63,699 bases of DNA, filler included, from Aduncisulcus paluster (GCA_024181965.1; 22 parts of 22 records of this genome joined end to end with filler, not necessarily neighbours in it); one strand, 5' to 3'. Shown: positions 1 to 11,627, numbered from the whole stretch's first letter. Numbers and translations are program-made. The notes: a model not told the origin generated them from the sequence alone.

Positions 1-1
1 T

Positions 2-169
2 TGGGCCATTGCTCTGATAATTATTGGTTCCATTATTGTCGTTGCCGCTGTCGTTATTCTCATTGTGTACTGTGTCAAGAAATCACCAAAGGGTGAGACC
101 ACTGACTTGCTCGGAAAAGGAAAGTACGAGAATCTCTCTGAGAAGGAGTCTGTTGGCGAGGAGGTGTAA
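2..169 (+). CDS. 3' end (TM helix + cytoplasmic tail) of a second copy of the surface protein at 400-2758
   Basis: Matches 2591-2758 (WAIALIIIGSII...GEEV*); tandem paralog or scaffolding duplicate. Confidence 0.7.
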   Translation, partial: WAIALIIIGSIIVVAAVVILIVYCVKKSPKGETTDLLGKGKYENLSEKESVGEEV

Positions 170-399
170 TTTTCCGTTTAATCATGCTGGAAAGAAGGAT
201 CTAATATCGCAAAAAAATAATACTTCTTTGAATCTCTTGTACCTTTATGTATTTTCTCTATGAATTTTGTTATTATTTATTTATTTATTTGGACCCATCT
301 TGGATGTATCTTATTCACTAAGACTTACTTGACAGTTTTATGAACTTATTATCATTCTTTGTGCTGAAATGGTTTGTTTNNNNNNNNNNNNNNNNNNNN

Positions 400-2758
400 G
401 GTCTATGCCACTGCCAACCATGCTGATGGAAATGGAGGTGTGTTATCCTCCGACTGTGAAGAAGTGATCCTCCAAGAGGTAACTTTTGACAACAACAGTG
501 CCGGTGGTAATGGTGGATGTCTCGATACTGATGGAGTGACTGCCTTCGAGGTGATTGCTGGTCAGTTTGATCACAACAGTGCCGGTGGTAAGGGAGGTGA
601 TTTCCACTTCACCTTGACCATGAGTCTTCTCATGAATCCAGATTACATGATCCTTGATGCTGAGTTCTCTGGATCTTCTGCTGGCAGTGATGGTGGATCC
701 ATATACCTTACTGTTCCTTTCGTCAATATTTCTGGATGTTCCTTTACTAACTGTTCCAGTGGTGGAAGTGGTGGTGCTGTGTACCTCACCAAACCCAAGG
801 GTGTCTTTTCCTCTTCTTACACCCAGCTTGATCTCTCTGGTACCGAATTCAAGAACTGTTCTGCCGTTCAATATGCCGGTGGTTTGTACACCGAGTACTT
901 AATTGTCGATCTCCAGACTGCTGCCTCTCCATGTACGTTCAATCAGTGTACATGTGGTGCAGGTGGATGTGGAATGATGGCTGAAGACATTGAGTTGGCT
1001 TCATGGGTTGGTGAGATCACACAGGATGTTCTTTATGAATTCAATAGCTGTGGTCTTAGCTCAACTCCTGCATACACCGCTGCCTCTGCTTTCTACTTGC
1101 AGACGGATGAGTTGTTATTGTACAGTGACATTGATATTTTCCTTTCTCTCCTTGCTTTCAACAACTGTGCCAGTCCCTCAGCCTTGATTGGTACCGATGA
1201 GTGCACTTCTTCTCAGCATGAGGTCATCCACAACTACAGTGTCAAATGTATTGACAATGATGTTTGGGACTGTACTAACGGAGGTGAAGATCTGATGCAT
1301 GTTCTTGACTCAGATGGAGATTGTGTGTGCAAGCCTGGATACAATGACGACTGTACTGCTCCTCTTGACGATTACATGCGTGAGACAATTGTTCCTCTTA
1401 ATGCTGGATCCAAGCATAACAGAAATGCCAATTTTGGTGCTGGTATTGTTTCTGGTGGAAACATGTTTGGTGTTATCCAAGAAGGTACTTTGAACTTCTA
1501 TGCTATTGTGAAGGATATTGACAATGTCACGCTTGAATACATTGTTCAGGATGATATTACAACAGCCAGCAATGGATCCACTCGTCTTGCTTCCGCTAGC
1601 GACTGGATTGTTGCTGCTGACAGTTCTTCCATTTATGCATACTCTCTGGATGTCGAGAGTCTTTTCATCATCAAGGAGACATGGTTTACCCTCAGTAATG
1701 CTAGTCTTGTCAGTTTTGGTGTTGATCCTTGCACTTCCTACACAACCGTTGCAGCTCAGTACTCTGACGATGACGATACCACCTACCTTTTCATGGGTCG
1801 TCTGAGTGAGGATGGATCTGAGATTGTGTATGGACAAGGTTATGGTGACAGCAGTTACCCTGGCATTACTTGTAGTGGACTCTACTGTTTCGCCTATGGT
1901 AACACTTACAAGAACGATCCTGCTGCTAGTGGTTTCATGTTTGACGAGGCTTCCGGTGAACCTGTCTTCATTGGAGGTGATTGGGATATCGCGCGTCCTG
2001 ACGATGCCACAACCTCATTTGCCTCTTCTATGGCTATGTGTAACAATGTTGTGTTCCTTGCTGATCCTGAGAAGGAGACTCTGTACATTTACAAGCTCCA
2101 AGAGGTTGCCGATGACATTCCAACCCCTGTCCTTGTTTCCACCCAGCAATTTATTGATACCAACTATTATGGTCTTGATATCAAGTGTAAGGATAATATT
2201 TTCATGGTTAGTGCCCAATATGTTGACACTAACGCAGTTTCTGATGAGAACTCTGAACATTACTACTCTCACTTTGATGTCTGGACTTGTACTGATCCTG
2301 GAAGGACACTTGACTCTCTTTATTGCTCAATTTCCAACACTATCTCTGATCCAACTGGTGACAGCTATGACCATCTCTTTGGTTATCCTGATGGCTCTAA
2401 ACATGATGGTCAGTACCCAATGCCTTGGTTCGATTTGACTCTGGCTTCATCTTCTGATTACATCCATGACACTGTTATTCTTGTTGGTTCCCCAGGTAAT
2501 GGTTACGTTACTGATGAAGGAGCTGTATATTCATTCGGTTACGTTGCTCCCACACCTATCACACCCGATGATGACAATGGCCTTCCTGGTTGGGCCATTG
2601 CTCTGATAATTATTGGTTCCATTATTGTCGTTGCCGCTGTCGTTATTCTCATTGTGTACTGTGTCAAGAAATCACCAAAGGGTGAGACCACTGACTTGCT
2701 CGGAAAAGGAAAGTACGAGAATCTCTCTGAGAAGGAGTCTGTTGGCGAGGAGGTGTAA
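400..2758 (+). CDS. Single-pass surface protein: Pmp-like beta-helix repeats, EGF-like motif, FG-GAP-like propeller, TM, short tail (5' partial)
   Basis: FxxN/CS + GG(A/S/G)xY repeats; CVCKPGYNDDC; NFGAGI, SFASSMAM, ILVGSPG..GAVYSF; hydrophobic GWAIALIIIGSIIVVAAVVILIVYC; tail ETTDLL and YENL. Confidence 0.75.
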
Positions 2759-2916
2759 TTTTCCGTTTAATCATGCTGGAAAGAAGGATCTAATATCGCA
2801 AAAAAAATAATACTTCTTTGAATCTCTTGTACCTTTATGTATTTTCTCTATGAATTTTGTTATTATTTATTTATTTATTTGGACCCATCTTGGATGNNNN
2901 NNNNNNNNNNNNNNNN

Positions 2917-3229
2917 GTACTGTGTCAAGAAATCACCAAAGGGTGAGACCACTGACTTGCTCGGAAAAGGAAAGTACGAGAATCTCTCTGAGAAGGAGTC
3001 TGTTGGCGAGGAGGTGTAATTTTCCGTTTAATCATGCTGGAAAGAAGGATCTAATATCGCAAAAAAAATAATACTTCTTTGAATCTCTTGTACCTTTATG
3101 TATTTTCTCTATGAATTTTGTTATTATTTATTTATTTATTTGGACCCATCTTGGATGTATCTTATTCACTAAGACTTACTTGACAGTTTTATGAACTTAT
3201 TATCATTCTTTGTGCTGAAATGGTTTGTT
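2917..3229 (+). repeat. Third copy of the surface-protein 3' end and downstream flank
   Basis: Matches 67-379 and 2656-2896 across an N gap (poly-A length differs slightly). Confidence 0.85.
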
Positions 3230-3741
3230 TGTCATACTGTATTTAAATAATAAAATCTCTCCTCGAAAATATCTTGTTTAAATAGAGCCGAAACAACTTA
3301 CAAAAGCTGCCAGCTGGCAATTATCTCAGTGAGATAGACTAGTCTGTCTGCCATTGACATGCTACAGGATTTGAAAATTTCAAATTTGAGAAACTTTCTC
3401 TAAACTTGAAGTTTCTCATTTTCATCATGATAAAATATGATATTTTTTGTGTATTTTTATCCCAAATAAGAAAAAATATCATTCTTATTTTGAATTGTCT
3501 TGTCCGAACAAGATTTGTATTTTCAAAATATGTTATTCAACAACTTGTTTTGTTGAACAAAATTATACAGATAGAAGTTTCTACTTCATTTTGGATACAA
3601 TCAAAAAAATTGAATCCAAAACAAGTTGATATTTGATTAGTATGTCTGTTTTTCTATCGGCAAAAACCATAAATCTCCTATCACATGACGATTAATTATT
3701 ATTTCCAATATTGGATTTACTAAATCCACGACATCTAGTAG

Positions 3742-6023
3742 ATGTCTTCACCTAAACCCTTTACTCTTCCTGATCTCGAGAGCTTGAAAGAAAAAATCAT
3801 TGAAATAGGCTCTCAATATGCAGTATCAGAGCTCTATCAAATATCTTCTCACCGGTTGAAGGCTACATTTGATGAATTCTCAGCCCCTTCAGTTCCATCC
3901 TCTACAATCCTTTCAAATCTGGATTTTTTTGTTCTTTGTTCCGAATGTTTATCCCTATTTGTTAGACATCAACGTGTCGAACTCAATTATTGGGATAAAA
4001 CGACAGAAGTCGTGAATATTACTCTGGACATTTCTTCAATTCGCAATCTCATTGACTCCTTTCTCTCTCCAATGATCAAGATACTATCTATTCTGAGAAG
4101 TGAGATTCGAAAAACAACCGACGAAGGGGATACTTTGGCGTCTACAGGAAAAAAAAGATCAACAGGCTCGAAAAGATCTCTTGGTGGGGAAAAGAAAGGA
4201 AAGAAACCATCTTCTAGCACTCAGAAGGAAGAAGATAAAGTTTTATCTATCACAACCTCTTTATTTCAAATTATTTCTATATCTCTGCTTTATGTTTCCT
4301 CACTTCGACAGACCATTTTCCCTCAAATCTCAGGCCTTCTATCCGAATTGTTTTCCTTGGGGGTTTTACATAAATTTGACAGTGTATTAGTTGAGAATAT
4401 CCTCGAAATGTGTAAGAATTTCTCGGTTGCCAAAGAGAACACCACTAAGGATGCCCTTTTGACCATTATTTCTCCTAGTATTCACGATTGGATTAAAAAA
4501 TATAAGACCAAAAAGTCCTATCTTTTATGGATGACCATTCTGAAGAATATTTCATTCGATTCAGCTAATGCTACTCCCAATAAGGATCGTTGCACAAAAC
4601 TCTGGTTTACTTTCCATTTGATTTTGGATGTGGTCAAGGGATCTTCCTCTGTGAATTACGATTGGCTGAAGACAAGTTTGATATTCTTTGCTAATCTTTG
4701 TTGTATTCCTGACCAAGGTGTTGCTATTTTTGATTCTATCAAGACTAATCTCCTTGATCAGTGGCATGGGATCATGATTATGAAGTACCTAGAGGAACAT
4801 GAATGGGCGGGAATTGGAACCTGGGCCAATATTGTCTCTATTTTTGCAACAATTCCTTCTCTTCTTTCCCAAGTTTCCCCAAAATATGATGTATTGATGA
4901 ATCAGTGTCAGTATTATGCCTGTCAAGAGTATCACTCGAGATATATTGCTGCCTGCCACTCAACTCACACGAAATGGTATGATTTGTATGATTCTGTTGC
5001 CAAAGCCCTCTCTCCCGCCCTTATTACTCAAATGTATGAAGACAATCGAGATGATATTCTTGGTATTTTTAGCAAAATAATATCAAAGAGTGACATTACG
5101 GAGCATAAGGAAGAGATTAGATTATGCTGCAGGTGTTTGTCTGTATTTATTGCCAAATTACCTCAGCAACTAGTTATTATTGACACATTTCTTGATCATT
5201 TGGAAAGGATTGATGAAATTCAAGAAGGAATCGTTGATCGCGCTTTCTGTAATCTTTGTTACGAGTATAGTTCAAGCAATATTCATTCTTTGGAAGATTC
5301 TTTTCTTCGCAAGATATCTCCAATGTTTCAACGTATTTTGAAAAGAGGATCCAAGGAGAAATTACCCGAATGCATTGCTAGAGAATTATTATTTACTCTC
5401 TTTTATGTTTCCGCTTCTACCAAAGATTCCATCCTCTCTTCTCTTTTCGCTCTCATCTCTCCTTATTGCAAATATTGGTTCGATGTTAATGATTATAGTG
5501 AATGTTACGGAATATGGATGATGCTCCTATCAAATATTACAGCTTCCAAGGATTCCTCATTATGTTCTGAAGTTTGGCCTCTTTTTTACCCAGTGTTTGA
5601 GCTTATTGAGGGCAAATTTGATGGAATTCGTTTTACTATGGATAACCATGAATATGTATTGGAATTCTTGTCTAATTTATGCTATGATACAAAGCATGCA
5701 TGTATTATCTATCGAAAGGTTAGCCTTCTCATTGGGAAGTGGTTTAAACTTCTGAAGAGAGAGAAATTTGATCGAGGAATTACATTTTGGGCGAAATTCA
5801 TTACGAAATTATCCTCCATTCCTTCTATTCTATTATTCCATATATATCAAAATATAAAGAGAACATGAAATGGATTGCTGCATACTTTACACCCAGTGCA
5901 AACAGTCTTTTTGATTTATTTGTTTCCAATATCGAAAAGGTTCCAATAGAAGAGATTGAGGATGGGGAAGAGGAAGATGAGGAAGATGAGGAAGATGAGG
6001 AAGAAGAGGAAGATTTATATTAA
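3742..6023 (+). CDS. Alpha-helical (ARM/HEAT-like) repeat protein with acidic tail, frameshifted near the C-terminus
   Basis: 708-aa ORF with two homologous internal blocks (WMTILKNIS..FFANLC..TWA..IPS and WMMLLSNIT..FLSNLC..FWA..IPS); continues in the ORF ending 6023 if the 5-bp duplication at 5825-5834 is removed. Confidence 0.6.
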
Positions 6024-6177
6024 CAAATTAATTAATATTCACAATCAACAAACCGTTTTGTCGATGTCAATCATTGATCTCGGCTTTCATATTTTTTATT
6101 ACCGGCTGTGGCCGATAACAACCGTACAAATTCGTTTTTTCTTTTGTATTTTGTTGCAATTACGGTCATTATATTAA

Positions 6178-7544
6178 ATGAAACCCAATTTCTCTTTGAT
6201 TTGTGCGATTCTTTATATTGTTGCCGCTTTGAGGTTTGGTGCTTGCTCAAACGAGTCAAACGATGGAAACGTTGACTATGAAGCTGGAGCAAGGCTAATA
6301 ATCCGAAAAAGCATGTTTGATTATTATCTTCCCCGGGTTGCCGACAATTTTGAATATACTTTCCCTTCGTTTGGAAATATTCTTTACACCGATATTGGTC
6401 ATATTATTGTCAATTATGACGGCTCCAATCCCGTTGCAGTTAAAACAAATCCAGTGACATCCTTTGAAAAACCCAATATTGTTGATTTTGACTTTCAAGA
6501 TTTGGCATTTTCAATCTCAACTCAATATCAATATGAGAACGACCCAGATATTAATGGAATTTTGGATATCTCTATAACGAGAGGGGAAAGTGACATTTCG
6601 ATTTTTCTTGAACAAGGTGACGTTTATTATGATGATCCAGAGCAATTTTATATTGATTACGATAAAATTATTGTGGGTGCTTATGAGTATGAACTTGATT
6701 GGCACAATACTGACTTAAATAATTGGTGTGATTGGAATACTCAACATGTATCAACCTGGTTGGCCATTCTTATTAATCATTGGTCTATAGATATATCTAT
6801 GGACATTCTTAATAACTTCCTCGACTCCTTACCCGCTACCCACATTCCTTTCGATGCATATGTTGACCTTGATGATGGGCTGGTGCTTTCTGATCCCATT
6901 TTAGTTACAAGTGAGGACAAATCCTATATCTCAATCGGTTCTAAAATGCGATTTGTCCCTTCAAATTCTGCAGCTCGTACCGAGGATCATACAGTTGGTC
7001 TTCCAATTGCTCCACTTGATGATCTCTCCACCTCCGATGCTTTTCTCCACATTGCCATTGACAGTTCTGTTCCTACTTCCTTTTTAACAGCTCACAACGA
7101 CTCAGGCTTCATCTCTTCCATCCTGATCACTGAAGATGAGATATCACCCGATTTAGCCATTCAACTCACTGTGGGATCTCTTGGAACCCTCATGTTCCCG
7201 AATCTCGATGACTTTTACTCCCCCTCCCGAAACCTCTTCCTCTCCTTTTCTGTCCCTGAGGATGAAGAGGCCACTGATCTCTACGCCGGTTTCAACTCTG
7301 ATGGAATGTCTTTCTCGTTGACATTTGACATGCGAATTGATGTTGCTCAGAGTGGTACCTATGACACATTGGCCGAGGAGATTGCCGTTGTTCGGTTCGA
7401 TATTTCTGGCTCTGGGGAGATGACTGCCACTGATACCCCGTCTCTTGATGGTATTATTATTGCTGGTAATATTGCGTCCATTGATGTTACCAATCCTTCC
7501 ATTGAGTTTTTGAAAGATGATCTTGACGTTTCTACATACTTCTT
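6178..7544 (+). CDS. Secreted BPI/LBP (TULIP) lipid-binding protein, 3' partial
   Basis: Signal peptide; GARLIIRKSMFDY resembles the BPI N-domain G..vRIt..gLdY; LHIAIDSSVPTSFLTAHNDSG..LITEDEI resembles the BPI C-domain. Confidence 0.6.
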
Positions 7545-7588
7545 NNNNNNNNNNNNNNNNNNNNNNNNNNNNNNNNNNNNNNNNNNNN

Positions 7589-7600
7589 TTAATTAATTAA
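7589..7600. other. Artificial contig linker TTAATTAATTAA in N runs; also starts at 8766, 30355, 33251, 34413, 35685, 37286, 40600, 43715, 45431, 48319, 50062, 51364, 52560, 54139, 55460, 56861, 58182, 59731, 61184, 62504
   Basis: Identical six-frame-stop 12-mer flanked by Ns; composition and taxon change abruptly at these points. Confidence 0.98.
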
Positions 7601-7644
7601 NNNNNNNNNNNNNNNNNNNNNNNNNNNNNNNNNNNNNNNNNNNN

Positions 7645-8721
7645 CATCACTTTTGGCTGACCTCTGGTCTCACGCACTCACACCTAGTTCTTGTCCCAAC
7701 ACTTCCCATTGGAGGTCACTCTCCAGCCCTGGTGTCCCTTCACTCACATACACGCACGCGCCCTTGGTGTCACACATCCCTATACACTCACATACACTCA
7801 CATATGCCCTTGGTGTCACACGTCCCTATACACTCACATACACTCACATACACTCACATGCACCTTGGTGTCACCTCACTGATTCCCTTGGAGTCACATA
7901 TTCACCTTCACTGTTTCACGTCACTACACATACACGTATCCCTTAGCACTTCCCTTTCACCTCACACATCCCATTGGTGTTCACTCACATCCCATTGGTG
8001 TTCACTCACATCCCATTGGTGTTCACTCACATCCCATTGGTGTTCACTCACATTGCCGTTCGAGATTTCACCTCCGTCTTCCTAGTTATCGCTAAACCAC
8101 ACTCTTTCGGCAGTCGCCCAGGCGTCTAGTGGTTTCCTCCCTTGCTCCACACATCACACACACTTCACTGGTTTCTATGTCTTTTTTTTTTATCACTCTG
8201 GCGTCTCATGGTGTGAAGGATCTCGAAGTTCATGAAGCTTCGGTAGTAACATCTTCTTTTGGGGCTATGGTTTATGGTTTCATTCTGATTCACTTGTTGG
8301 ATGCTTTCTATCTGCGATCCTTGCTGATCTTCTCAGTCTTCTTGGTATTGTTCTCGCGGCCACAGGCGGAGTATAGGTGTCTCCCTCATCATCTTCATCA
8401 CTTTCACTATTATTCTTTCTCTTTGATTTCCCTTTGGTGTTCCCATTGGCTTTCCTATTGGTGCTCACGCGGATGGTCCTACGCGTGCCCCTCCTCCTGC
8501 TTTTTGGTGCTGCCTTGGCGGCATCCACGCTAGTCGCTTGAACTCCCTCATTTTCTGTTTGTACAACCGCGGTGTCGAGCTCCGACGTATCCCTTTCCTC
8601 AGACTCGGATTCCCCGGACGTCGATGAATCGTCAGTGTCTTCTTCATCCTCTGGTGTATCACTCCAGCGCACTTTCTTTCTCCTCTTTGATTTTCCCTTT
8701 TTCACTTTCAACACATCTTTG
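7645..8721 (-). mobile_element. Probable 3' end of an LTR retrotransposon (ORF tail, PPT, start of LTR)
   Basis: Minus ORF ending 8280 contains RRLRRSARIA; purine-rich AGGAAGACGGAGG (8083-8071) directly followed by TG at 8070, then repeat-rich noncoding DNA. Confidence 0.45.
7965..8053 (+). repeat. 21-bp tandem repeat CACATCCCATTGGTGTTCACT, 4 copies plus partial
   Basis: Read directly; related ~46-bp repeats at about 7760-7870. Confidence 0.95.
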
Positions 8722-8821
8722 NNNNNNNNNNNNNNNNNNNNNNNNNNNNNNNNNNNNNNNNNNNNTTAATTAATTAANNNNNNNNNNNNNNNNNNNNNNN
8801 NNNNNNNNNNNNNNNNNNNNN

Positions 8822-9163
8822 AGAATCAATATCTCCCATGTCCTTGTTCTCTCCAGTCAAATTTTAAGTTGTTTCGTTCTCATTTTTTTGGGGAATTCGT
8901 TTTGGTGGATTCAATTCAAACAGAAACAATAGACAACATGTTATTTTATTAACTTTTTTTTTATTATTTTTGGTTATTATGTTTTGATAGTTGTTATTTT
9001 TGTCCTGGTTTGGTATTCTTCCCGGTTAAATGAAGATTTTAAAGAAAAAAAAAATTAAAAAGGAAAAAGAAAGGAGAAAAAAATTAATTTAAATTTAGAA
9101 TTTTTTATTATTACACCTTCTATTCTACATTTTGTCTGACTTTTTGGAAAGTATGTTATTACT
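8822..9163 (+). repeat. Duplicate of 16975-17315 (AT-rich noncoding)
   Basis: Near-identical sequence, abuts an N gap. Confidence 0.9.
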
Positions 9164-9183
9164 NNNNNNNNNNNNNNNNNNNN

Positions 9184-10564
9184 GACCCAGTAAATCCAAA
9201 AACATGACATTTATACAAATCAAGGATCGTTTCAGCGGTGGTAACACTCACCCCGGCCAAATGAGGCAAGAAATCGTTACCAATGAAGAGGCAAATAACA
9301 ACAAAATCGTCAATCACACGTTCGAAATCGAATTCGGGGATAGAAGCCAAGACAGAAGCTTTATGATCTTCCCAATCTTTCTCAAATCTATTTTTAAACT
9401 CAACAACATCAATAGGGTCCATAAATTCCTCGGGTTCTTCCTCTCCTTCTTCTTCTTTCTCTCCAAATTCTGAAGGCAAGGAGATAATATCAGAAGACAA
9501 GGAACTAACATCCTTACTACTATCCTCATGTTCCTTTTCTTCTTTCTTCTTCAGGGCATCTTTAATGGCAGTATTATAAGCATTATTCCACATACGAGTC
9601 CCTTTGTAAGTTTTAATGGCTCGTTTCCCATGTTGGAAGGCAAACAAGAACTCTTCGTGCATATATTGTCTGAGAACTCCGATATCAAGGACCTGCATGT
9701 TGATATCCCATGGTTGTAGGTGTACATCAAGGCCATTGCGTTCAAATGGTGGCTTGAAATCAACTTCACGCCGGAATATTCCGATTCTGGGTTCATGGGT
9801 TGATAAAGCAAGGAATATAAGATCGGCATCAAGACCATGGAAGGCATGAGATTCACTTCCAAGATATGATGGATCTTTACGCTGTCTTTCACGAATATAA
9901 TCGAGGAATTTATGCTCCCCTTCACCGGGAACATCCACACCAGAGAGAATCAGGGTAATATCCCTCCAGGCTGGGCAGAACGTCTTACGATTAGCCAAAA
10001 ACATTGTCAAAATACGAGTGAATCGTATCATAAAGGGAGTTCCGGGAGAAATAGAGGTTCTTTCAAAATGAGGAATGTCACCGCGGTACAATGTTTCAAG
10101 CTCAGCTTTCCAATCAGCAAGATGGGATTCACCGCATATTTCAACAGGATTAAGCTCTGGCATCCTCGAAGCGATTGCACCAGCCACTCTTCGCTCACGT
10201 TGTTGATTCATTTTAGTTCTTGGAGCAACACCATCAACTGCAATAAATAATAACTTCTTTGGACGCACTACATCAAATAAATGAGTGATATATGCTAATA
10301 CTCGTTCAACAATATCTTTCTCGGATAAACACATTTTACATTTGTTTTCTCGGCTAGCGCTTTCATGAATAATTGCGTTACAATCAATATATAGATTGTC
10401 TAATGGAAATTTTAAATGTTATTAATAAATCTAAAAATCAGAGGAAGTGAATAGGCTAAAAAAAAAGATCACGTACCGTAAAGGCCTGCATCAGTGGTGA
10501 CGACATCTCTTAGAACAAGAGGATATCGTTCACTGACGAATCTGGCAAATTTAGGAACTCCCAT
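9184..10564 (-). CDS. XRN1: 5'-3' exoribonuclease XRN1, two exons (10564-10477, 10399-9184), 3' partial
   Basis: Spliced N-terminus MGVPKFARFVSERYP..YDNLYIDCNAIIH; AVDGVAPRTKMNQQRERR, PGEGEHK, HGLDADLI, GNDFLPH. Confidence 0.92.
10400..10476 (-). other. 77-nt GT-AG spliceosomal intron in XRN1
   Basis: GTACGT...CCATTAG; removal restores the conserved DNLYID motif in frame. Confidence 0.9.
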
Positions 10565-10760
10565 TTGAACAAATTGCTATTTTTCAATCCAGAATTGTTT
10601 CTTCCTTAAGAAACAGCAAGGCCATAATTACAATATAAAATATTTTATCAAAAGTGCGAATAATTAATGTAATTATTAATTATAAATGATTTTACTGAAT
10701 GAGTAGGCAACCAAAAAAAACTCTGTGATTTGGAGCTTTAGCAGAGTGATACATAATTTT

Positions 10761-11393
10761 ATGGAATTAAAAGATGATAAAAAAATCACTCCTGAAGTTG
10801 TTAGGGAGAATGCTTTTATTCCTGATGATGAATTAGCAGAATTAGTTGGCTTGCTCCACAAAGTTGCCCATTTCGATATAACAAGAAAAGATTTGAAGAA
10901 AGAACATTCTCATTCTGTCAAAAAAGAGAAACAAGCTCAAAAAAGTACATATATAGGTTTAATTAGAGAAACTTTTTTGGAGAAGTTTTCGAAAAGCCGT
11001 GAATTACAAAACCTACTTGAAATAGAGGAGAAAGAAGTTAAAAACATGTCAGATGAAGAATTAAGGTATATTGTGGCAGATAAAGAGGTCACCAGAAGAC
11101 AACGAATCGAACGTTTGATGCCAAGTAAGATGAAGGAGCGTATTGTAAGTGCCATCATATCAAGTTTTTCAGACCCTGAGTTAATATCAACATCAAAAAT
11201 ATCTTCAATATTTGCTAGTGCTCTTGTGCATGAAGAACAATCCCAACCTCAAAAAATGGAGGAATCTCTTCATCTTGAAAAACCTTCTAAACATTTGGCA
11301 ACGGGACATTCTGTCGATTCATCCATAAAAGCCGGATCTAAACAGCCAAAAGTTGTTGAGGAACTTTTAGATTTTGTTTCGCATGTTAAATGA
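10761..11393 (+). CDS. Hypothetical protein, divergent from XRN1
   Basis: 210-aa charged ORF from ATG 10761; no recognised motif. Confidence 0.55.
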   Translation: MELKDDKKITPEVVRENAFIPDDELAELVGLLHKVAHFDITRKDLKKEHSHSVKKEKQAQKSTYIGLIRETFLEKFSKSRELQNLLEIEEKEVKNMSDEELRYIVADKEVTRRQRIERLMPSKMKERIVSAIISSFSDPELISTSKISSIFASALVHEEQSQPQKMEESLHLEKPSKHLATGHSVDSSIKAGSKQPKVVEELLDFVSHVK

Positions 11394-11627
11394 TGATGAG
11401 GAAAGAATCGATATTTCTCATTGAGGTGAAATCAATCATATTCGGCGATCTAACGCTGCATTTTTAAATATTTTAAGTTTATTATATTTTTATGATATAA
11501 TAAACAAAGATTTTTTGTTTGTTATATTTAATATTTCTCAGATAACATGAAATATCATTCGTCCCTCATGGGCTGTTCATCGATTTCTTGCTTCTTTTGT
11601 TCCCAAATCATATTTTTGTAAACACTG

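Noticed and set aside
7965-8053. CRISPR array
   Set aside because: Head-to-tail 21-bp units with no spacers and no cas genes
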